The notes beneath the pieces were generated by a model, which did no database searches, was not told the DNA's origin, and saw only the letters and a list, made by a program, of their open reading frames with translations. From an uncultured Acidobacteriaceae bacterium (lineage in GTDB: Bacteria; Acidobacteriota; Terriglobia; Bryobacterales; Bryobacteraceae): 64,000 nt of DNA. Positions 32,008 to 41,069 of this stretch are shown piece by piece. The stretch spans positions 81,232 to 145,231 of the forward strand of contig CAVUCO010000030.1 of assembly GCA_963740005.1 (NCBI GenBank). Direction: 5' to 3'. Position numbers and translations under genes: made by a program. Each line of letters starts with the position of its first letter. Within the stretch, counting starts at the first letter, position 1.

Positions 32008-32508
32008 ATGGAACCGGAACCCTGGTTGAGAGGGCCGATTGAGGGAGTTTCACCTCTCGTCGCTCCGTTGTTCTTCAGCTTCGCCCAGGTACGCGAAGAT
32101 CTACGTAAGCACACCGAGGGCTTGGCTGACGAAGAAGTGTGGCAGCCGGCCGGACCCAATCCTTCGCTCGGTTTCCAGCTGCGGCACATGGCGGGCAGCG
32201 TCGATCGCCTGGCGACATACCTGGCTGGCGCAGATCTGTCAAAAGAACAGCTGGATGGTCTCCGCGCCGAACCGGTAGCAGGTGCATCGCTCGGCGAGCT
32301 ACTCGCAGCTCTCGACCAAACGTTGAGCCGCGTCGAGGAACATCTGAAGGCTCTCGATCCAGGCACCCTGTATGAGCCGCGCTACGTGGGGCGCAAGCGT
32401 CTCCCAACCTCCGTCATCGGATTGCTGGTCCACATCGCGGAGCACACCCAGCGGCACTTGGGTCAAGCCATCAATACGGCGAAGTGGGTCGCAAGCCAGC
32501 GGCGCTAG
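32008..32508 (+). CDS. DinB/YfiT family protein
   Basis: RHMAGS and HIAEHTQRH metal-binding motifs. Confidence 0.85.
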   Translation: MEPEPWLRGPIEGVSPLVAPLFFSFAQVREDLRKHTEGLADEEVWQPAGPNPSLGFQLRHMAGSVDRLATYLAGADLSKEQLDGLRAEPVAGASLGELLAALDQTLSRVEEHLKALDPGTLYEPRYVGRKRLPTSVIGLLVHIAEHTQRHLGQAINTAKWVASQRR

Positions 32509-32575
32509 CCGTTAGAGCTTCGAGAAAGGTATTGCCCGCGCTGGATATTCTCAAGGCGAGCACGAACTCCAACCT

Positions 32576-32601
32576 GAGCCGCGACCGTAACGGAGCGAAC
32601 G
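32576..32601 (+). repeat. REP-like intergenic repeat, class A
   Basis: GAGCCGCGACCGTAACGGAGCGAACG. Confidence 0.75.
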
Positions 32602-32750
32602 CCAAGCGTCGGAAGCTCGATAGCGAGGGTGCGAAACAAGATGCCGCTAGAAACCCGCGTCACTATCCGGGCCATTTTCAGAGCAACCGCGCACGAACAA
32701 GCCGATACTCTCGGGGCCGTGGCCTCAGCCTTCTGAGCCGTGACCGTGAG

Positions 32751-34373
32751 TACCTACATAGTTAGGTTCGTGCCGAAAATGGCAGAATTCTCAGCGGCAG
32801 GTCGCAGCCAGCTGCGGGATGATCAAGAGTTCCTTGAGTTTGAGGCCCAAGGCGACAACTTGTTTGCCGAGCGCAGTCAGGTAGTACTTGTAGCAGTGCG
32901 TGGCCTTTTTGAGGAGCCCGTGGGTCCGAAGGCGACGGAGGATTCTCGACATTTGGCCGCTGCTGTATTGAGGGAACCGAGCGCGTAGCGCTTTGTTCTG
33001 CACGCCGCTGATGGCGTTCTCGCCGCGGGCCAGAGCCAGAAAAAGAGCTTCATCATCGGGGTCGAAGAAGTTGAAGCCGCGGTAGGAGCGTGCCTCCTGG
33101 TGAACGGTCCGCGTGATCTGGTTGAGCTTGTCGATGCCATTGCTGGGATCGTCGATAGCCGACAGGAACTCCAGGTAGCGGCGGTTGGCAGCATGCAGCA
33201 ACTCCCGTAGCGCACCCAGGCTGTAGATGGTTTTCTTCATCGGAGCGAACTTCATCACCGATTCGCCGTTGCGTTGTTCTACCTCGCGGTAGTGCTTGAA
33301 AAAGGAAACGTCCTTGGCGGTCGTCTCGATGCGAAGGATCTGGCCAAACTTGTCGTACATCTTGATGGAAGCCATGCCCATCGAGTGCCGGACGCGGGTC
33401 CCCTCGAGGCGCAGGTTATAACGGTTGCCCATCTCATCCTGGTAGTTTCCGCTGAGCTTCTTGCCCAGAAAGGTGGCGATGTCATCGGGCTTGACGGCGT
33501 GTATGGCGGTCCGAATCAGATTCCCGTAGAAGGCCTGCAGATCGGCCTGCCGGCGAAACACAATGTCGGTGGCATATTCGGCTTCGTCCAGACTCCAGTG
33601 ATACGATTCCTCGATCTGCTGCAGGATGGGACAGTACCGTCGGACAAATTCATCCAGCTTGCGATGCAAAAACGATGGCTCCCAACCGTCGGCCAACACC
33701 TGCGCGGCCTCCCAATCCTCGATGGTGGTGAAAGCGTTGTCCAGCAGGGTGTAGCCGATCTTCTTCCGTTCCAACTTCCGCGCCAGCCAGTTGTGGCCAT
33801 TGCAGTAGAACTGGAGCCGGAACGGGCACCAGGTCGGTACCCGCACATAGCACAGCCCCAGTTCTTCGTCGATGAAGTAGAAATAGTAGTGCAGACACTT
33901 CCCGTCGTCGTAGCGCAGGTAGGTGCGCCCGGTGAGCTTGTCGTGCCAAGGCTGGTAGGTGGTGCACGGCTCCAGGGCCGAGAAGATCCAAACCAATCCC
34001 GGGTGTGTTCCCCGCTGCTTCAACACACCCTTGACCCGGTCCTCCTTGCGGAAATTCTTCTTGCGGATGTAGTCGATCGTCAGGTCATTGGCCGCGGCCA
34101 GTTGTTCCGCATTGGCCCGGATGTTGTCGGTGATCGGTTTCGCAAACTGAGTAAAGTCGAAGATGCGAATCCCGCGTTTGCTCAGATAAGCCGTCATTCC
34201 GTCGGCGTAGCAAAACACTGGCAATGTCCCCTGCACCATCACCCGGTCATAGCAGGACAACACCCCAGCGATCTGCGCAGAATGACGTTCGGTTAGCAGT
34301 TCGAGTCCCATCCTTCACCTCCGAGGAATGGTACTCCGTTTTCCCCTGTTTGGTTCCGGCTACGCCGGGTTAG
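32751..34373 (-). mobile_element. TIR-less insertion element splitting a REP-like repeat
   Basis: Left flank GAGCCGTGACCGTGAG plus right flank GAAGCG rejoin into a 22-bp class A repeat; hairpins at both ends; boundaries ambiguous by about 2 bp. Confidence 0.75.
32791..34311 (-). CDS. Putative transposase; Rep_trans-like motifs plus C-terminal winged HTH
   Basis: Sole gene filling the element; GGAGG RBS; EYATD, IKMYDK and LRIE motifs; wHTH-like MSRILRRLRTHGLL...YYLT. Confidence 0.65.
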   Translation of the reverse strand: MGLELLTERHSAQIAGVLSCYDRVMVQGTLPVFCYADGMTAYLSKRGIRIFDFTQFAKPITDNIRANAEQLAAANDLTIDYIRKKNFRKEDRVKGVLKQRGTHPGLVWIFSALEPCTTYQPWHDKLTGRTYLRYDDGKCLHYYFYFIDEELGLCYVRVPTWCPFRLQFYCNGHNWLARKLERKKIGYTLLDNAFTTIEDWEAAQVLADGWEPSFLHRKLDEFVRRYCPILQQIEESYHWSLDEAEYATDIVFRRQADLQAFYGNLIRTAIHAVKPDDIATFLGKKLSGNYQDEMGNRYNLRLEGTRVRHSMGMASIKMYDKFGQILRIETTAKDVSFFKHYREVEQRNGESVMKFAPMKKTIYSLGALRELLHAANRRYLEFLSAIDDPSNGIDKLNQITRTVHQEARSYRGFNFFDPDDEALFLALARGENAISGVQNKALRARFPQYSSGQMSRILRRLRTHGLLKKATHCYKYYLTALGKQVVALGLKLKELLIIPQLAATCR

Positions 34374-34484
34374 GAAGCGCTCGCCCGGCTCGATGAAGCA
34401 AACAATCCGCGTTCATCGGCGTTGATCAGCGGCCATACTTTGATTTCTTCAGGGCCTCTCAGCCCCGCTAACAACCCGCGACCC

Positions 34485-35189
34485 TCAGTGAACGTCAACC
34501 GACATGTTGACGACTTCAAACGAGAACCGTTCCGGCGGCAGCGCGGAGATCGGATTCGGGGTCATGCTCTGCCAGGTCTGGAAGGCCGTGTTCGCGACCG
34601 TGTTGTTGAGGTAAAAGAGAAACTGATCGGAACAGCAGCGGATGGGTGGCATCTGCCGGAACGCCAGGCGCAGGCCCACCGCTTTCTCCAGGTCGACGCC
34701 TTCCGTGTTTACACCCTTGTCTTCCAGCAACCGCACGAAGCTGCATCGGCCCGCGTGCGGCCAGAGATCATTGCGCAACAGATTTCGAAGTTCGATGCGC
34801 GTACCGAAGGTGATCTCGCACTGCCGGATCCACTCAATAACGGAATCGCCCCACTGCCAGTGCCCCAGCAGACCCAGATATTGGTCAACCAGGTTCAGCG
34901 CAAGGTCCATACGGCGGCGTCCCATATCGAGGCTTACCCGGTCGAGGTTAACGTGCTCTTCAACGTGCACAATCTCACCCGGCGCGCCGTCGTCCATCGG
35001 CGAATCCATGAGCATGTCTTCCTGCTCGATGATGTCGCCCGCGATTCCCATCATCTTGTCCAGGCGCTTTACCGCCGGAACACTCTTCACGAGCAACGGC
35101 GGAAGCTCGTGCGTCTTGCCGCCCGGAACCTCAATGAACTTCCTGTCTCCAACGATGTCCATAAGTGTTCTCCCGTTACTTATCGACAA
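34485..35189 (-). CDS. Hypothetical protein
   Basis: 234-aa ORF with host-like codon usage; start may be downstream (MDIVG). Confidence 0.7.
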   Translation of the reverse strand: MSISNGRTLMDIVGDRKFIEVPGGKTHELPPLLVKSVPAVKRLDKMMGIAGDIIEQEDMLMDSPMDDGAPGEIVHVEEHVNLDRVSLDMGRRRMDLALNLVDQYLGLLGHWQWGDSVIEWIRQCEITFGTRIELRNLLRNDLWPHAGRCSFVRLLEDKGVNTEGVDLEKAVGLRLAFRQMPPIRCCSDQFLFYLNNTVANTAFQTWQSMTPNPISALPPERFSFEVVNMSVDVH

Positions 35190-35328
35190 CTGGGTCGTCG
35201 TGCCAACTAGAGCGTGGTTAGCTCTTGATTATAGAGACGCAAAGTCGTTCTGACAAGTTTCGTCAGCGCTTTGGCAGCAATCAACCCGGAGTGCTAGCGC
35301 CCAATGTTCCCCACGCTATGCTGAGGGC

Positions 35329-37113
35329 ATGCGTGGGTTAGCTGCTGAAATTGCGTGCTTATGGACGGGTTTGGCGCTCCTCTCCATGCCGGCAATCGCG
35401 GCCGCCCCCGCCTGCAACCAAGGTGTTGCCGCCTACATGCCGTGCGAGCTGAGCTTTGATTGGAACAGCAACGAAATCCCGCCCGATGCCTCGCCCTATA
35501 AAGACGAACTGCTGAATGTCGAGTTCCGATCTCCTCAGGCCAAGACCTATCTCATGCACGCATACTGGGACGGTGGCCGCACCTTGCGGGTTCGCTTCTC
35601 GCCCACCGAAGAAGGCCAGTGGGCGTATCACGTAACCAGCGAAATCAAGCGTTATAACGACCAGGAAGGCCAGTTCGCCGTCTCAGCCAGCGCCAGTCCC
35701 GGTTACGTCGCGGTAGCCAACTTGCGTCATTGGTGGACCGACAATAAACAACCGCACCTTTGGTTCGCAGCCGAAGTCCCGTGGCTCGATCTCTCGCAAA
35801 CCGACTTCCAGGCCTGGGTCGACGCGCGCAAAGCAGACGGCTTTACGCATATCCGCGGTGCATTGTTGACGCAGAAGGCAGGCAAGCCGGCGCCTCTCAC
35901 TTCCAGGCTGCAGCCGAATTTCGCCTACTTCGCCTCGCTGGACGATCGCCTCCTCTACGCGCAAAGCAAGGGCTTGGTGCTCGACCTGATCTTCGCCGAC
36001 AACAGCTTCGTTGAGACCGGCACACTCGAAGATTGGGAAGCGCGTCAGCCCTTGATCGCGTACCTCATCGACCGCTACGCCGCACTCAACGTAACATGGC
36101 AAGGCGTTGAAAGCTATGAGCTGCGCGTCGGCACTCGCGCCATCCTCAAGGAGATGGGCGGACAACTCAAGAAGCTCGACGCCTATCGCCATCCGCGCAG
36201 CAGCGGTTCAACCGGTTCGGGAGCCGGCCTGCTTCCGGATGGTTGGATGACCTATATCATCGAAGGCTCGCCGCACCCCGAAGTCGGCGCAATCGAGCAC
36301 CAGCTCACCACGGCTCCCCTGATCCACATCGTCAACGCCACCGAACCCGCCGCGTTTCGCCGCGAGTTGTGGCAGTCATCCATGTCGACCGAATATCCCT
36401 GCGTGCGCTATCAAGCGCTCCAGAACCCGGCCAACGTCGCCGCTTGCCGGGCTTGGCTCAAGGTCATCTCCAACACCAGGCACTGGGAAACCGAACCATA
36501 CTTCGACGTCGATGGCGGTATGGCCATGGGTCTGGATGAGGCCGAATACGTCCTCTATGCCGACAAAGCCGGCCATGTAGAGATCTCGCTTCCGAAGCAT
36601 AAGTATCAGCCCTACTGGCTGAATCCGATCACCGGCGAAACTATCGACGTGAAGGATTACAAGGGCGAGATCTTCAGCCAGGACACCCCGGACACGACCC
36701 ACGACTGGGTTGTTCACGTCCAGCGTGAAGGCCACAAGGAAGGGCTGCTGAAGTCGTTCAAGTTCGAGTCGCAAGCGGTCCCGGTTCAAGACGTGGAAAC
36801 CGACCCCGACAAGACTCCGTATACGATTTCAGTGCCCGCAGGCGACGAGATCGACGTTTCCAAACCTGTTCCGTATCAAGCCAAGCTACGACGCACGACC
36901 CGCGCCACGCGTTCGATGCAGTACATGTGGACTGGCGAGATCGTGGCGGGAGCTGAAGGCCCGCGTGTACTCGCCGTCGGCGCGTACGGCACCTTCGAGT
37001 TCCCATTGGATCTGATTCAAAAGGAGCCGGCCGTTCTCAGTTTGCATCTGATCGCGCTCAACGCGAACGGCAAGGCTTACATGCTGGACAAGGTTGTCCG
37101 GCTGACCAAATGA
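35329..37113 (+). CDS. Secreted DUF5060/DUF4038-like glycosidase-fold protein
   Basis: Signal peptide; YWDGG...VRFSP...G.W.Y and RKADGF motifs. Confidence 0.7.
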   Translation: MRGLAAEIACLWTGLALLSMPAIAAAPACNQGVAAYMPCELSFDWNSNEIPPDASPYKDELLNVEFRSPQAKTYLMHAYWDGGRTLRVRFSPTEEGQWAYHVTSEIKRYNDQEGQFAVSASASPGYVAVANLRHWWTDNKQPHLWFAAEVPWLDLSQTDFQAWVDARKADGFTHIRGALLTQKAGKPAPLTSRLQPNFAYFASLDDRLLYAQSKGLVLDLIFADNSFVETGTLEDWEARQPLIAYLIDRYAALNVTWQGVESYELRVGTRAILKEMGGQLKKLDAYRHPRSSGSTGSGAGLLPDGWMTYIIEGSPHPEVGAIEHQLTTAPLIHIVNATEPAAFRRELWQSSMSTEYPCVRYQALQNPANVAACRAWLKVISNTRHWETEPYFDVDGGMAMGLDEAEYVLYADKAGHVEISLPKHKYQPYWLNPITGETIDVKDYKGEIFSQDTPDTTHDWVVHVQREGHKEGLLKSFKFESQAVPVQDVETDPDKTPYTISVPAGDEIDVSKPVPYQAKLRRTTRATRSMQYMWTGEIVAGAEGPRVLAVGAYGTFEFPLDLIQKEPAVLSLHLIALNANGKAYMLDKVVRLTK

Positions 37114-37793
37114 ACAGTCCCGTCATCTTGTCAATTGATACGACCTCCGAATTTGGAAGCCTGGCAATACGGGCAGGCGGATGCCTCATTGCCGAGCGTC
37201 CGCTGCACTCTCCCGAAGGGTTTGGGCACATTCTGTTTGGCGAGCTGGAGCAACTCCTCGCACACGCTCCCGCCACCCTACGCGACATCGACTGCTTCGC
37301 AGCGGCCGCTGGTCCCGGTTCGTTCACCGGCGTTCGCGTCGGCTTGACCGCGGCGAAGGGTCTGGCCGAAGTGCAGCGCAAGCCCGTGGCCGCTGTCTCT
37401 AACCTGCGCGCGCTGGCCACCTTTGGATCAGCGCCCAAGCGCGTTGTGCTGCTCGACGCTCGTCGCGGCGAAGTCTATGCAGCTGTCTACGGCGCCGACC
37501 TCGAACAACTTCAGGAGGAGACGGTGGAGAAGTTGCCCGTCTGGCTCGATCGCTTGTCCGATGAGCACTATGAGTTCATCACTGTGGCCGGCTCTCCGTT
37601 CCGGGCCGCCCTGGAGGGAACGCCGTTCGCCACGATGCCGTGGACCGAAGCGTCGCGCTCACTCGCGGGAGCGGTTGCGCTTTGCGCCGAAAAAGACCTG
37701 GCTAACGGCCGCACCGTTGACGCCCTGATCGCCGACGCCAACTATGTGCGGCGCTCAGACGCTGAGCTGCTCTGGAAGGACCCGCGCGGATAG
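37110..37793 (+). CDS. tsaB: tRNA threonylcarbamoyladenosine biosynthesis protein TsaB
   Basis: LSIDTT, GPGSFTGVRVG and DARRGEVY motifs. Confidence 0.95.
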   Translation: MNSPVILSIDTTSEFGSLAIRAGGCLIAERPLHSPEGFGHILFGELEQLLAHAPATLRDIDCFAAAAGPGSFTGVRVGLTAAKGLAEVQRKPVAAVSNLRALATFGSAPKRVVLLDARRGEVYAAVYGADLEQLQEETVEKLPVWLDRLSDEHYEFITVAGSPFRAALEGTPFATMPWTEASRSLAGAVALCAEKDLANGRTVDALIADANYVRRSDAELLWKDPRG

Positions 37794-37796
37794 GCA

Positions 37797-38163
37797 TTGC
37801 TCTGAAAACCTACAGACTGAAGGCCTCTGCCTCGGCGGAAAGTGCGGGTGTGCGCTCCGGCACTGATGCTGAGGTCTGTGCTGAACTTCTCACACAGACA
37901 CGCGAGCAAGCCTGAATGCTCCTTCGGACCATCGGATCCCGGCACAGAACCGCGCGCGTGAGCAAGCGGATTCGGGTATTCTCCTTTCGGCCGCGCGCCA
38001 GCAAGCCCGCCATCGAAGGGTGATTTTCGACGGAGCGGCTGTTACGGAGCCGTGACCTGAGGGAGCGAACGTAAAGCTTCGGAAGCACGAAACCGGGGGA
38101 TCGAATTCAGCGCAAGCTCTTAGGAGCCCCCGTTGGACGGTGATTCTCGACGGAGCGGATTCA
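37797..38163. repeat. Cluster of REP-like elements (BIME-like)
   Basis: Class A copy at 38047-38071; AACCGCGCGCGTGAGCAAGCGG at 37948; CAGACTGAAGGCCTCTG-type copies; direct repeat GGTGATTYTCGACGGAGCGG near 38019 and 38139. Confidence 0.65.
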
Positions 38164-38171
38164 GCACCGCC

Positions 38172-39449
38172 TCATCGGCTATCCACCGGCTGCGGCGCAG
38201 TGAGTTCGAAGCTCCAATGAACACGCTTGGTTCTCCCGATCACGAACCAGAATCCCCACGCACCGAATAGCAACACACCGCAAGCGATGGCAAACGCAAG
38301 GAAGAACTGGTGCGTGGTCGACAACACCAATCCGGTGATATACGACGCCACCACACCCGCGAAGTTGCCAACGCAGTTCTCGACGCCGGTCCACTTCCCT
38401 GCCACGTCCGGCCCCGCGAGTGATTGCGTCAGCGCCCAATGGTTTGACGAGAACAAGCCATACACGAAGCTGGCGATCAACAGCAGACCCAGCGACAGCC
38501 TCGCGTTGCCCACCAGTATCGACGCGGCCATGAAGACACAGCACCCGACGAGACCGGTGGCGACGAAGGCCTGACGCACGTGCGCTGCCGGCCGCCCGCG
38601 GCGAATGACGGCGTCGGCCGCCAGTCCGGCCATCATCGAGGAGGCCGCCACGAACCAGAAGGGAAGCGATCCCAGAAACGCCAGCTTGTCGTGCGTGTAG
38701 TGGCGCTCGTGTTCAAAGTAGTACGGCAGCCACGTGAGGAAGAAGTACCAGGTGTAGTTGGCGCCGAACAGCCCGATAATCGTGCCCCACACCTCTCGCT
38801 TCGAGAGGATCTCCTTGTAGGTGGGAAGGACGATTTCCGGCTTGCTCCCCGCCTTCTCCAGAACGCGTACCTTCAGGCTTGGCACGATGGCCGACCAGGG
38901 GATGAGCCAGATGAGACTGACGGCGCCGATCGCGAAGAACATGCCGCGCCAGGTCAGCCAGTTCACCAGCTTGACGCCCACGAGCACGCCAAGCGCCGGT
39001 CCGATCTTCGATCCAGCGTCAATCAGTGCGTTGGCGGTGCCTCGCAGCCCTTCCGGGAAGGTCGCGGAGATGATCTTGGAATACGCCGGGTATGCGACGG
39101 ACTCGCCCGTGCCGATCAGCAGCCGCATCAGAAAGATAGACCAGAAGCCCGTTGCCAGGCCGGTGGCGGCCGTACAGCCCGACCACAGCAGGAAACCGAT
39201 CGCGTAAACCCAGTTCACGTTGTAACGGTCGATCACCTTGCCGGCGGCGATTTGCAGCAGCGAATAACTCCAGAAGAAGCCGCCGAACAACACGCCCAGT
39301 TGCTCTGGAGTGAGATGGAGGTCGCTCTCGATGCTCTTTCCGGCGACGCTCAGGTTGCCCCGGTCGATGTAGTTAATGCACACCGAGATGACGAGCAGCA
39401 TAAGCGCCACCCAGTGGATTGCTTTCGGCCTGGCGATCATCTCCGGCAT
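38172..39449 (-). CDS. MFS transporter, anion:cation symporter (galactonate/hexuronate-like)
   Basis: INYIDRGNLSVA, GES..YP and TWLPYY motifs. Confidence 0.88.
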   Translation of the reverse strand: MPEMIARPKAIHWVALMLLVISVCINYIDRGNLSVAGKSIESDLHLTPEQLGVLFGGFFWSYSLLQIAAGKVIDRYNVNWVYAIGFLLWSGCTAATGLATGFWSIFLMRLLIGTGESVAYPAYSKIISATFPEGLRGTANALIDAGSKIGPALGVLVGVKLVNWLTWRGMFFAIGAVSLIWLIPWSAIVPSLKVRVLEKAGSKPEIVLPTYKEILSKREVWGTIIGLFGANYTWYFFLTWLPYYFEHERHYTHDKLAFLGSLPFWFVAASSMMAGLAADAVIRRGRPAAHVRQAFVATGLVGCCVFMAASILVGNARLSLGLLLIASFVYGLFSSNHWALTQSLAGPDVAGKWTGVENCVGNFAGVVASYITGLVLSTTHQFFLAFAIACGVLLFGAWGFWFVIGRTKRVHWSFELTAPQPVDSR

Positions 39450-39670
39450 GGACGGTAGGGTATCAGATGAACTCCGATGGGCTCTTCAGAAAGTCCGTGC
39501 TTCCGATGAGATCCGCTTGCCGGCGCCGGGGCGGCGGCCACGCGCGGTTGCTCTGAAGACCCACAGGATGAAGCGTGTGGCCACGGTGGAGAGTGCCGAT
39601 GGAGACACGCTGGGCGGAGTTTTTCAAGATTTGGAACTGTTTGAGCTGTTTCTGCATCGTTTGAGAGTGA

Positions 39671-40534
39671 CTAGGCGGCCTTTTTGGGCCCGCCGGCGAG
39701 GATCGCGACGACTTTCTTCTCGACGATCCCGTCACCCGTGTTGAATTGAGCCATTTTTTTCGCATTTCCGAGGCGTACTTTACTGAGGAGAAGTTCGCTC
39801 GAAATAACGAAGCCAAACCGGGCCGGATCGAACGGGACGTTCTGCTGCATGTGCGCGGCAGCAATCGCCTTTAGCTCCTCGATGGCCTGCTTCTCCTGGT
39901 CCACTCGAATTTGTTGAGCATGCCGGAATTCCTCCAGAGTCTTTGAGAAAGAGCGCTGAAAGCGCTGATCGTAGAGCGAAGCCAGGCCCATCGGGTTGCC
40001 GGTCTTCATCAGGCAGCCTTCCATGGTCGCGGACAGGATGGCAACGTCCATGTAGATTTTGAGCTCGGCGGTGCGAAGCAGCTCGAGCCGGAACTGGATG
40101 TCGGCGACACGCCGCGCGAGGTGCACTTCCAGATCACCTATCGGGTGAAGATCCTTGACGATGCCCTCGATGAAACTCTGATAGCGTTCGAGTTGTTCTT
40201 CGTTGAGGTGCTTGGCCAGGTCCTCGACGAAGAGGCCGTGCTTAACGGCGTTCTTGGAAGAGGCGGTGCGGCCAACATCCGTACGCGGGCCGGTTGACTT
40301 CCGCGCATTCTCGCGATTGGCCGCGGTGCGGGCATCGACCTCCGGATTATTTTCTTTCTCCGCGCTGTCATTTGTTGGCGGGGGTTCCTGATTCTGTTTG
40401 GTAGGTTCGGGCGGCACGGATTGTTCGTGATGCGCCGAGTCGTTTTCTTTCAAGGCCGGTTCCTGGTTCGCCCGGAGTTCTTGATCTGTGAGTGTGCCCG
40501 GGGTCTCCGGGAGTTTTGAAGATATGTTTGACAT
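39671..40534 (-). CDS. Hypothetical protein with ANRENA.KSTGPRT..G...S..NA.KHGL motif
   Basis: Disordered N-terminus followed by a recognisable STGP motif. Confidence 0.75.
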   Translation of the reverse strand: MSNISSKLPETPGTLTDQELRANQEPALKENDSAHHEQSVPPEPTKQNQEPPPTNDSAEKENNPEVDARTAANRENARKSTGPRTDVGRTASSKNAVKHGLFVEDLAKHLNEEQLERYQSFIEGIVKDLHPIGDLEVHLARRVADIQFRLELLRTAELKIYMDVAILSATMEGCLMKTGNPMGLASLYDQRFQRSFSKTLEEFRHAQQIRVDQEKQAIEELKAIAAAHMQQNVPFDPARFGFVISSELLLSKVRLGNAKKMAQFNTGDGIVEKKVVAILAGGPKKAA

Positions 40535-41069
40535 TTACTAATCACCTTTGACGGAATTCCCGCCTACCAGATTTTCGACCCGGTCTTAGGCTGGACTGCC
40601 AAAGGCTGAAACCGGGAAGTGGCGGAAGGTGTTGTGATGAAAGGGTTTTTGCGGGAACGGAAAAATTTTCAGCGTTTGTGACTGGTAGGAAATGCGCAGC
40701 CGAAACTCCGAGAAAAGGGTGAGGAGTCGACAGCACTGGTTGTTAGCCTGAATTCGATCTCTCGCCGTCGCGCTTCCGAAGCTTTGCCTTCGCTCCGAGG
40801 CGGAGAGCTGCGATCGGGCCCCCGAGAGAATCCGGTTGCTTACGAGTCTGTATGAAAAACCCGGGGCAGAGTGATGAGTGCCAGTCGACTGTACTGCATC
40901 TTGGGACAGGCTCGCTCTGTCCACGCGGCGAAGGGGCTAGGGTGACAAAATGCCTCTCGGGGTCGCCTTGGGAGCAGAGGCGCCTGTCCCGGTCGGCTTG
41001 GGCCTTAGTGCTGGACTCTCTGCGAGATCCTCGGAGCGCCACCCCAGTTGTAGCGTAAGCTTCGATATG

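Noticed and set aside
33274-34296. 340-aa plus-strand ORF inside the insertion element
   Set aside because: Antisense shadow of the transposase-like gene; no motifs.
32791-34311. MarR regulator or group II intron reverse transcriptase
   Set aside because: The wHTH is only the C-terminal part; no YADD motif; the context is an insertion.
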